32,000 nt of DNA. It comes from Xanthomonas campestris pv. campestris str. ATCC 33913 (GTDB lineage: Bacteria > Pseudomonadota > Gammaproteobacteria > Xanthomonadales > Xanthomonadaceae). The position numbers and the translations under genes are program-made. Position 1 is the stretch's first letter. Every line of letters starts with the position of its first letter. The stretch spans positions 3,206,497 through 3,238,496 of the forward strand of contig NC_003902.1 of assembly GCF_000007145.1 (NCBI RefSeq). Reading direction: 5' to 3'. Positions 17,332 to 24,417 of the stretch are shown piece by piece. Under the pieces are notes generated by a model that searched no databases, was not told the origin of the DNA, and saw only the letters and a list, made by a program, of their open reading frames with translations.

Positions 17332-17369
17332 ACGCAACAGGGCGCGATGCGAATCGCGCCCTGTTGCGT
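17332..17369 (+). terminator. Strong stem-loop downstream of the ybdD-like gene (candidate terminator)
   Basis: 16-bp perfect stem ACGCAACAGGGCGCGA / TCGCGCCCTGTTGCGT with a 6-nt loop TGCGAA. It begins 27 nt after the stop codon. No clear U-tract follows. Confidence 0.5.
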
Positions 17370-17430
17370 TGATGTGGACGCGAAATGCGGTTTTCTTTAT
17401 GCGATTGGACGGTGCGGCAGATTGGCTGCA

Positions 17431-17640
17431 GAGCGGTTGATCTGCGGCTTGGGTGGAGGCCCCCTTGCCCGCTCACCGTCGCGGGACACGCTGCAAGGTA
17501 GAGCGGCTGATCTGCGGCTTGGCTGCACAGCCTGCTCGCTCACCGTCGCGGGACACGTCGCAAGCTGGACAGGCTGATCTGTGGCTTGGCTGCAGGGCCC
17601 TTGCCCGCTCACCATCGCGGGACACGCTGCAAGTACGTCC
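17431..17640. repeat. Three head-to-tail copies (about 67-73 bp period) of a REP-like half-unit
   Basis: The copies start near 17431, 17501 and 17568. Each reads G(C/T)TGATCTG(C/T)GGCTTGG(C/G)TG...CCCGCTCACC(G/A)TCGCGGGACACG(C/T)(T/C)GCAAG (the middle copy has CTCGCTCACC). I found the alignment by eye. Confidence 0.8.
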
Positions 17641-17700
17641 TTGTAAGCTCTTACGCGGCATCCATGCCGCGTAAGGTCCCGCGACGGTGAGCGGGCAAGG
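17599..17700. repeat. Compound palindromic repeat unit A (REP/MITE-like)
   Basis: The 25-nt arms CCTTGCCCGCTCACCATCGCGGGAC (17599-17623) and GTCCCGCGACGGTGAGCGGGCAAGG (17676-17700) are complementary at 24 of 25 positions. A nested hairpin CTTACGCGGCA-TCCA-TGCCGCGTAAG lies at 17650-17675. Confidence 0.8.
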
Positions 17701-17851
17701 ACCAGTCAGGCGTGTCGGTGTGCATGGTTGCACGCAGCGCAATAAGCGCGTTTTTTGGATGACGGCGACTGACGGCGCGTCCGATCAGCGTCGCAACGCG
17801 ACGACTAACAGGCAGGCTTTCAACAAAGCGACCTACGAACGTTCTGGTGCG

Positions 17852-17948
17852 GTGCCCTCGCCGCTTGCGGGACCGTGTGGCGGCATGGATGCCGCCACCG
17901 AGCCTACAGGGAGGTACTTGCGGCGTGTCCCGCAAGCGGTGAGGGCAC
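17852..17948. repeat. Compound palindromic repeat unit B, same family as unit A in opposite orientation
   Basis: The arms GTGCCCTCGCCGCTTGCGGGAC (17852-17873) and GTCCCGCAAGCGGTGAGGGCAC (17927-17948) are complementary at 21 of 22 positions. The nested hairpin is GTGGCGGCA-TGGA-TGCCGCCAC. The reverse complement aligns with unit A through GCGGGACACGC.GCAAGTAC.TCC.TGTA.GCTC....GCGGCATCCATGCCGC. Confidence 0.8.
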
Positions 17949-18019
17949 CGCACGCGCGACCGACCAGACTTTTGATCCAAGCACTGACTGCAGCCAAACG
18001 AAGCAACGACGCGACACCC

Positions 18020-18697
18020 TCAACCAGCGCGCGTTTGCGCGAGCCGCTCGAACAATGCGTGCAAATCGCGCATATCGTCGAACACCTCCAGCACGCCGAT
18101 CCGTCGCAGGGTGTCGCCGTGCCCTTGCGGAATATGGCTGGCACCGGTAAAGCCCAGCACCTGCATGCCGGCCGCCAGCGCGGCGGTCGCACCGGTGGGG
18201 CTGTCTTCGATGACCAGGCAACGCTCCGGTGCTACACCGGCCGTGCGCGCGGCCAGCAGGTAAACATCCGGTGCGGGCTTGGGCCGCTCCACCATGTCGG
18301 CGCTGAAGATCCGCCCTGCCGCACGCGCCGTGAGCCCGGCCCGCTCCACCGATGCAATCACGTTGTGGCGGCGGCTATTGGAGGCCACCGCCAGCGGCAG
18401 CGGGATCTGCTCCAGCGCCTGTCGCACGCCCGCAATCGGCTGCACCTCGGCGGCGATCAAGGCTTCGCTGCGCGCCTGGATCTGCGCCAGCAAGGTTTCC
18501 GGCAACTGCAGCGCAAAGTGTTCTTCCACCCGCCGCAATACCTCGCGCGTGGTCTGCCCGAACGTGGTTTCCAGCAGATGTTCCAACGGCTCGGCCGGCA
18601 CGAACGCTGCCAGCGCCTCACGCATTACCCGGTCGGCCAGGATTTCGCTGTCGACAAGAACCCCATCGCAGTCACTGATCAGTAGCTCGTACGCCAT
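18020..18697 (-). CDS. HAD-superfamily hydrolase (subfamily IA, phosphatase/beta-phosphoglucomutase-like)
   Basis: HAD motif I is YELLISDCDGVLVDSE (DxDG). Motif II is AVASNS. Motifs III and IV are RPKPAPDVY and LVIEDSPTGATAALAAGM. The start is uncertain: ATG 18697 gives MAYELLISDCDG, and in-frame ATGs at 18706 and 18724 are alternatives. Confidence 0.8.
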   Translation of the reverse strand: MAYELLISDCDGVLVDSEILADRVMREALAAFVPAEPLEHLLETTFGQTTREVLRRVEEHFALQLPETLLAQIQARSEALIAAEVQPIAGVRQALEQIPLPLAVASNSRRHNVIASVERAGLTARAAGRIFSADMVERPKPAPDVYLLAARTAGVAPERCLVIEDSPTGATAALAAGMQVLGFTGASHIPQGHGDTLRRIGVLEVFDDMRDLHALFERLAQTRAG

Positions 18698-18958
18698 TGC
18701 ACCCATCTGCTTGCAAAGCGCCATTATGCCGACCCGGTCGTGACCGTCGGCTGTGGCGCAGCGCCCGCACAGGGGACGAAGACGCCCGCGCGCCCGTCGG
18801 CAAGGTCAGTCGCCAAGCAGACCCAGCCAGACGCCCGGTTACGCGCCTATGTCACGAAATCTTACCGCTTGCGATTTTTACAGCTGGTAGGATCGGCCCC
18901 GCTGTGGCGGGACGTGCCGCAGCGTCATCAGGAATGCGATCAGGAGAAGGAGATTTCG

Positions 18959-19723
18959 ATGCAGACGCGATTCCCCACCCTGCTCGTTCTTGCGACCTCG
19001 TTCTTCGCGGTCTCATGCACCGCCTCGCCCGGTGCCAAGGAGCAAACCACCATGTCAGCTACGCTGCAGGACCATGCCGTCGCTTTCCGCGACCCCGGTC
19101 TGACCGACATCGCCAACGCCATCGCGCACGGCGACATCGCACGGATCAAAACGCTCGCCCCCACCGTCGATCTGGCCGCACATGGCGATCAGAACGTGAC
19201 CTTGCTGGAATGGGCGATCTGGAACGAACAACCCCGCGCCCTGGACGCGCTGCTCGATGCAGGCGCGGACCCGGCGTTGCCGGGCATGGACCAGGAAACG
19301 GTCGTGCACATGGCCGCCATGGCGCAGGACCCGCAATACTTGAAGATTCTGCTGCAGCACAAGGCACCGATCGACGTGGTCAGCGCGCGTGCCGGCTGGA
19401 CGCCGCTGTTCCGCGCGGTGCAGAGCAAGCGCGATGCGCAGATCGGCCTGTTGCTCGACGCAGGCGCCGACGTGCAGCGCGTCGACCATACCGGTAACAG
19501 CCTGCTGCATCTGGCCGCGCAGAGCGGCGCCTCCAGCCCGACAGTGTTGCAATTGCTCAAGGCCGGTGTGAACCCCACGGTGCGCAATGCACAGCAGAAG
19601 ACCTTCCAGGCGTATTTCTTCACCACGCCGGACCGTCTGCTCAATGCCACCGGACAACAGGTCAGATCGGATGTGCGCGCATGGTTGAGCGCTCACAACA
19701 TTCCCGTGGAAAGCAGCCGCTAA
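18959..19723 (+). CDS. Ankyrin-repeat lipoprotein, candidate periplasmic immunity protein for the downstream lipase effector
   Basis: 254 aa from ATG 18959, preceded by the strong SD GGAGAAGGAG. The signal peptide MQTRFPTLLVLATSFFAVSC has a lipobox-like AVSC. There are 4-5 ankyrin-like repeats, for example TLLEWAIWNEQPRALDALLDAGADP, GWTPLFRAVQSKRDAQIGLLLDAGADV, and GNSLLHLAAQSGASSPTVLQLLKAGVNP. Confidence 0.8.
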   Translation: MQTRFPTLLVLATSFFAVSCTASPGAKEQTTMSATLQDHAVAFRDPGLTDIANAIAHGDIARIKTLAPTVDLAAHGDQNVTLLEWAIWNEQPRALDALLDAGADPALPGMDQETVVHMAAMAQDPQYLKILLQHKAPIDVVSARAGWTPLFRAVQSKRDAQIGLLLDAGADVQRVDHTGNSLLHLAAQSGASSPTVLQLLKAGVNPTVRNAQQKTFQAYFFTTPDRLLNATGQQVRSDVRAWLSAHNIPVESSR

Positions 19724-19759
19724 GCGCGCTTTCCGCACGACGCACGCAAGGAACCGCGC

Positions 19760-20956
19760 ATGTCCCCGTCAGAATCCACATCCTCCACCGCCGCATCCAC
19801 TCCGTTCGCAGAGTCGATGCGCGGACAACAACCGCAGCCGCAGGACCGGCAATTTCCGGAGCTGCTGCAAGATCTCTATGCCACTGCCAATCAACGCCGC
19901 GAAGGCGGTGCCGAAACCTTTGCGCCGCTGGCCAACGGCTGGTCGCGCATGGACGACAGTGCGCTGCAGCAGGCCGGCATCGATCCGGCACTGCTGCACG
20001 ACGCAAAAAGCGGCTTCGATGCCGCGTTCTATCGCAACGATCAAGGCCAGGTGGTACTCGGTTTTTGCGGAACCGACGAAGGCAAGGACTGGAAGCACAA
20101 CATCGGCCAGGGCCTGGGCTTCGACGATGCGCAATATGCATCGGCAATCCAGCTCGGCAGCCAGGCCAAACACGCCTTCGGCGACCAGGTGGTGATCTCC
20201 GGCCATTCGTTGGGCGGTGGTCTGGCATCGGCATCGGCCATGGTCAACGACATTCCCGCGGTGACGTACAACGCGGCCGGCGTCAACGACCGTACCCTCG
20301 AACGCGAGGGCCTGGATGCATCGGCAGCCAAGCAGTACGCCAGCGAGGAGTTGATTCGCGGCTACCACGTCAAGAACGAAATCCTCACCCATCTGCAGGA
20401 AGACAGCATTCCGCTGAAGTGGACGATGCCCAATGCGGCTGGCCACCAGATCGAATTGCCGGAGCCGGACCCGCTGTCGTTCGGGCAGCGGCTGGTACCC
20501 GGCATGATGCTCAAGCACCGCCTGGACCTGCACGGGGTGGACTCGGTGATCAAGGCGCAGGACATGCAATCGCCCGACCAGGCACGCGGCGCGTCGCTGC
20601 AGCCGGGCAGCCAGCTGTTCAACGATGCCGTGGTGCAACTGGATGGCCAGCGCGAGCGGCTGGGGCTGCGCGACGACACCGCGTTTCTCAACACTGCCGC
20701 CAGCGTGGCTGCGCGGGCAGGCAACGACGGCCTGCAGCGGATCGATCATCTGGTGCCCAACCGCGATGGCGATAGCCTGATCGCGGTGCAGGGCCGCATG
20801 GACGACCCCACCCATCTGCGCAGCCATGTGCAGACGGCGGCCGCGGCCAACGAACCGGCGCAGACCAATGTCGGCCAGCTGCAGCAGCACAACCAGCAGC
20901 ACGCGCATCCGCAGGCCCAGCAGCAGGACGAGCAGCGCCGGGTGATCCAGCAATAA
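19760..20956 (+). CDS. Lipase (class 3/DUF2974-like alpha/beta hydrolase) with a C-terminal XVIPCD-like domain, candidate antibacterial T4SS effector (X-Tfe type)
   Basis: 398 aa with AAGGAA 7 nt upstream of the ATG and no signal peptide. The lipase core is GFDAAFYRNDQGQVVLGFCGTDEGKDW...VVISGHSLGGGLASA, with GxSxG and Ser150. The C-terminus carries GLQRIDHLV (aa 324-332) and IAVQGRMDDPTHLRS (aa 341-355), followed by the Gln-rich tail QLQQHNQQHAHPQAQQQDEQRRVIQQ. Confidence 0.85.
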   Translation: MSPSESTSSTAASTPFAESMRGQQPQPQDRQFPELLQDLYATANQRREGGAETFAPLANGWSRMDDSALQQAGIDPALLHDAKSGFDAAFYRNDQGQVVLGFCGTDEGKDWKHNIGQGLGFDDAQYASAIQLGSQAKHAFGDQVVISGHSLGGGLASASAMVNDIPAVTYNAAGVNDRTLEREGLDASAAKQYASEELIRGYHVKNEILTHLQEDSIPLKWTMPNAAGHQIELPEPDPLSFGQRLVPGMMLKHRLDLHGVDSVIKAQDMQSPDQARGASLQPGSQLFNDAVVQLDGQRERLGLRDDTAFLNTAASVAARAGNDGLQRIDHLVPNRDGDSLIAVQGRMDDPTHLRSHVQTAAAANEPAQTNVGQLQQHNQQHAHPQAQQQDEQRRVIQQ

Positions 20957-21117
20957 GCTGCTTGGCAAACCGTGCCGCATGCAATCCTCGTCAGGTGGAC
21001 GCGTGCGGTGCGGGAAGGTCCAGCAAGTGACCATCTGTTTACTGCGGTCAACCAAGCCCACCGCAGAGCTCATGGAGCTGTTGCAGGCAATCGCTCCATG
21101 ACGCCGGCAAGGCAGCG

Positions 21118-22368
21118 TTAACCTGCCCCGGCCATCGCCCGCAAGGTAATGCCGACCAGATACGCCAGGTAGGTGCCGGTGGCATAGCCCATGGTGCCCA
21201 GCAGCACACCCACGGGCGCCAACGCGGGATGGAAGGCCGCAGCGACCACCGGCGCGGAAGCCGGCCCGCCGATGTTGGATTGCGAGCCGATCGCGAAATA
21301 GAAGAACGGTACCCGCAGCAGGCGGCCCAGGCCCAACAACAGCACGATGTGCACGGCAATCCAGCTCAGCCCGAGCAGGAACAGCCACGGGCGATCGAGC
21401 AAGGCCAGCAGGTCCATTTGCATGCCGATGCAGGCGATCAGGAAATACAGCAGCAAGGTCCCGATCTTCGAGGCGCCCGCGCCTTCCAAAGTGCGTGCGC
21501 GGGTGAAGCTGAGTAGCAGGCCCAGGCTGGTCGCCAGCACCACGACCCACACGAACGGCGTGTCCAGACTGAACTGGCGCGCCCAGCTCAGGTTCACCTT
21601 GCACCAGCCGGCCAAGGGGTTGGCGAGCGCATGCGCCAGGCCCACCCCGCCGAACGCCACGGCCACAATTACCATCAGGTCCGACAGGCTGGGAATGCGC
21701 GCGTGCTCGGCCTGGAAGCGCGCCATGCGCTCCTGCAAGGCATCCAGTGCGCGGGTATCGGCGCCGCTGCGCGCATCGATGCTGCGGGCGCGCCCGGCCA
21801 GGAAGATCAGCACCGCCATCCACACATAACCCACGCCAACATCGACCACGGCAAATTGCCCGAACGTGCTGGCATTCACCGCGAATACCTCGCGCATCGC
21901 CAGCATGTTGGCGCCACCGCCGATCCAGCTGCCGGCCAACGCCGCCATGCCAGCCCAGGTATCGCCGGCCACGGTGGCCGGGTGCAGCCAGCGCATCACC
22001 CAGAACGCGACCACCGCGCCCAGCATGATGCTCAGCGATGCGCCCAGATACATCGCCACCAGCTTGGGGCCCAGGCGCAGGATGGCGCGCAGGTCGATGC
22101 TCAGGGTCAGCAGGATCAGGGCGGCCGGCAGCAGCACGTCGCGGGCGATCGGGTTGTACAGCCACGTGTTGGCGCCATCGATCAGCCCTACCGTGTTGTA
22201 GATGCCCGGCAGCAGATAGCAGAGCAACAAGGCCGGCACCACTGCGTAGAACCGCTGCCAGGGGCCGCGTTCGCGGGCGGATGTCCAGAACACGGCGCCG
22301 AGGGTGGCGGCGATCAGACCGAACACGACAATGTCGTTCTGGATCAGTGCAACAGGGGGTGGGGTCAC
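21118..22368 (-). CDS. DUF819-type polytopic integral membrane protein
   Basis: About 12 hydrophobic segments are present. The conserved-looking C-terminal region is FAIGSQSNIGGPASAPVVAAAFHPALAPVGVLLGTMGYATGTYLAY. I prefer GTG 22368 as the start because it gives VTPPPVALIQNDIVVFGL just before the first helix. The 46 codons from ATG 22506 are Arg/Pro-rich and not membrane-protein-like. Confidence 0.65.
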   Translation of the reverse strand: MTPPPVALIQNDIVVFGLIAATLGAVFWTSARERGPWQRFYAVVPALLLCYLLPGIYNTVGLIDGANTWLYNPIARDVLLPAALILLTLSIDLRAILRLGPKLVAMYLGASLSIMLGAVVAFWVMRWLHPATVAGDTWAGMAALAGSWIGGGANMLAMREVFAVNASTFGQFAVVDVGVGYVWMAVLIFLAGRARSIDARSGADTRALDALQERMARFQAEHARIPSLSDLMVIVAVAFGGVGLAHALANPLAGWCKVNLSWARQFSLDTPFVWVVVLATSLGLLLSFTRARTLEGAGASKIGTLLLYFLIACIGMQMDLLALLDRPWLFLLGLSWIAVHIVLLLGLGRLLRVPFFYFAIGSQSNIGGPASAPVVAAAFHPALAPVGVLLGTMGYATGTYLAYLVGITLRAMAGAG

Positions 22369-22633
22369 GAGCGGTGGAGATCCTGGCAGATGGCCGCGCA
22401 GTGGCGGATCGTCCAAGCGTGGCCGATCACCCGAATCTAGCCGACCGGCGTGCCTGCGCAAAGCGCGGGGATGGATCGGGTTTTCCTGTGCGCACGCCTC
22501 GGACATGTGCGCACCGGTCTGTCAGGCAACCGGGCACCTGCGGGGACTTCTCCACCGACGGCTGATCTCAGGACAAGTTGGTTGCGCTTGCCGCTGGAAG
22601 ACGCCGCCAGCTCCTGTCCGCGAGGTCGCAAGC

Positions 22634-22849
22634 TCAGCCGTAACGCCGGACCAAACGATCGCCGTCGCCGGTATTGAGCACCACGCCGCTCGGCTCGCCG
22701 GTGGTCAGGCAGTGCAGTTTCGCCATCAGTTCGGCCTGTGCCAGGGCGCCCTGCTCTCTCAGGTAGCGCAGTGGCGACCACTGCGGGCGCGTGACCCACC
22801 AGCCGTTCTTTTCCGAATGGATACGTACGACGTAACGGGAGTCGTCCAT
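22634..22849 (-). CDS. Small DUF2188-like protein (hypothetical)
   Basis: 71 aa from ATG 22849, with GGAGGG 5 nt upstream. The sequence is MDDSRYVVRIHSEKNGWWVTRP...REQGALAQAELMAKL...GVVLNTGDGDRLVRRYG. It fits the DUF2188 pattern (GGW-x-V, a helix, then a dG-x-i-x-x-x-YG end) as I remember it. Confidence 0.5.
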   Translation of the reverse strand: MDDSRYVVRIHSEKNGWWVTRPQWSPLRYLREQGALAQAELMAKLHCLTTGEPSGVVLNTGDGDRLVRRYG

Positions 22850-23066
22850 CTGGCCCTCCGGCCGGTGATGCAGCGAAGCGAGACAACCGGCCTGGAGCGG
22901 CGGTGCCTGCATGGGAATCGGTGTCTGGCGGGTGTGCCGGCGCGCCCTTACTCAAGGGGCCGCGGGAGAGTGGCCCAAGGCCCCGCGTCCGGCATAGCCA
23001 GCATGTGCCTGTGGCTATGGCTGGCGCCGTCAGGCGGACACTGGCTCGCCGGTAGGAAAATTCTTA

Positions 23067-23082
23067 CGTGACACACGTCACG
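23067..23082. promoter_or_regulatory. Perfect inverted repeat CGTGA-N6-TCACG, a candidate CRP/Clp-family operator
   Basis: The sequence CGTGACACACGTCACG contains the core GTGA-N6-TCAC of the TGTGA-N6-TCACA consensus. Its centre lies about 56 bp upstream of the 31-codon ORF start, inside the divergent intergenic region. Confidence 0.25.
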
Positions 23083-23130
23083 CGCAGCGCTACATTCCGA
23101 TACAGATAAGTGCCTCTGGGGAGGGTTTGC

Positions 23131-23226
23131 ATGTATCTGCTGAGGAAGTTCCAATTCCCGGTCAAGACCGCCATGGTCGTTGGCTATGTCCTGGTGATTC
23201 GCGAAGCCGTGGTGCTCTGGATCTGA
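23131..23226 (+). CDS. Candidate 31-aa hydrophobic small protein (not in the ORF track because it is under 60 aa)
   Basis: ATG at 23131 is preceded by GGGGAGGG with a 5-nt spacer. The translation is MYLLRKFQFPVKTAMVVGYVLVIREAVVLWI, a basic N-terminus followed by a hydrophobic stretch. A stable hairpin begins 29 nt after the TGA stop. Confidence 0.3.
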   Translation: MYLLRKFQFPVKTAMVVGYVLVIREAVVLWI

Positions 23227-23254
23227 GCGCTTCGACCGCACATTGAACTGACTC

Positions 23255-23282
23255 GCAGAAGGTGCAGGGCGGCACCTTTTGC
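23255..23282 (+). terminator. Stem-loop after the small ORF (candidate intrinsic terminator)
   Basis: GCAGAAGGTGC-AGGGCG-GCACCTTTTGC forms an 11-bp stem with one G-U pair. In the shorter 7-bp form AAGGTGC/GCACCTT it is followed by TTGCGTT. Confidence 0.4.
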
Positions 23283-23787
23283 GTTGGTGTGGGCGCTTTG
23301 GAGCAGAGCGCGACGGCACGCGGCGATGGTCACAAACTGCGCGTTGCCGCTAGATCGTGAAGTGTCTGGTAGATGGTGCATGGCTGCACCGCCTGTGTTG
23401 GTTTGGCTGCTTTGCACCAACCGCGCGACTGGTCATGCCCGCGTCACGCATGCGATCGGTGCCGCGCCGTGAGCTGGGCGATGCAGCGGTGCGACTAGGC
23501 GTCTCATAGCGATGCACTCGGCGATGCACTTGAACCACCGCGCACCGCAATTACAGCCGCTTACGCGCAGTGTGTTTTTCAGCGCAACGCGTTGTTGAGA
23601 TGCTCGCCGCGTGCCCCGCTGCCGTCGCGTGCTGGTGCAGTGTGTACGTCACCTCGCGTAGGTTGAGATAACGCACATCCGTGCGGCATAGCAAGGCATC
23701 GACACTGCACGCATTGGCGATGCAGCACTTCGCGACGTGCCGCGGACACTTGCTAACCGGCCTATCTATACCAACAGCACGCGCGGC

Positions 23788-24417
23788 TCAATCTGCATCG
23801 ATCCAGCCACGCGCTTGCGCAGCAAGCAGGTCGGCCGGGGTGTCCACGTCCAGGGCGAGTGCCGGTGCGGTGACGCAGCACAGCGTCTGCGCATCCAGGC
23901 TGGCGAACAGCGCGCGCAGGCCGGTGTCGGCCAACAGCGGCACTTCGTTCCACACCGCGTGCGTGACTACCACCGGAATCCCGCGCACGCCTGCATAGCC
24001 GCTGGTGGCGCAACCCGATGCGGCCAGATCGGCTTCTTCCAGCAAGCTGCGCAGATGCGGCGTGTCCAGCGCGGGCTGGTCGCAGCCGAGGATCAGGCTG
24101 CGGCGCAGCGTGGTGTCTTCGTGTACGTGCGCGTGCAACGCGGCAAGACTGGTGCCCATGCCGTCGGCCCAGCCGGCATGCCGCACGATTTCCACATCCA
24201 GGCCGCGCAAGGCCTCCATCACCAAATCGGCATCGGCCCCCACCACCACCACACAGCGCCGCGGCGCGGTCTGCAATGCAATGCGGGCTGCGCGCCGCAC
24301 GAGGGGTTCGCCATCGCGCGTCAGCAATTGCTTGGAGCGACCGAGCCGCCGCGCCGCGCCTGCCGCCAACACCAACGCGGCATGGTCGCTGGTCACGCGC
24401 TGCGCTCCGCACGCCAT
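23788..24417 (-). CDS. MocA-like nucleotidyltransferase (molybdenum cofactor cytidylyltransferase family)
   Basis: 209 aa. The N-terminal signature is ALVLAAGAARRLGRSKQLL (LAAGxxxRxGxxK). The mid-region has ADGMGTSL and LILGCDQP. It is encoded near an MCD-type molybdoenzyme operon. The start could instead be GTG at 24396. Confidence 0.7.
   Translation of the reverse strand: MACGAQRVTSDHAALVLAAGAARRLGRSKQLLTRDGEPLVRRAARIALQTAPRRCVVVVGADADLVMEALRGLDVEIVRHAGWADGMGTSLAALHAHVHEDTTLRRSLILGCDQPALDTPHLRSLLEEADLAASGCATSGYAGVRGIPVVVTHAVWNEVPLLADTGLRALFASLDAQTLCCVTAPALALDVDTPADLLAAQARGWIDAD

Noticed and set aside
17431-17700. Possible CRISPR array (regularly spaced direct repeats)
   Set aside because: The units are contiguous, with no unique spacers between them. 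One copy is inverted. The repeat recurs as a palindrome 150 bp away. No cas genes or leader are present. The pattern fits REP/MITE-like repeats instead.
19769-22165. 798-aa minus-strand ORF, the longest in the track
   Set aside because: It runs antisense through the lipase/XVIPCD gene, crosses the convergent intergenic region and continues out of frame over the DUF819 gene. It has an extreme Arg/Gly/Ala/Pro composition and no motifs.
2583-23235. Plant-inducible-promoter (PIP) boxes TTCGB-N15-TTCGB, which would indicate HrpX regulation of the PLD, lipase or peptidase genes
   Set aside because: I scanned TTCG(C/G/T) occurrences by eye (for example near 2583, 4494, 11273, 12495, 23199, 24773 and 31626). 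None has a second half-site at the required 15-nt spacing. This is not an exhaustive computational search.
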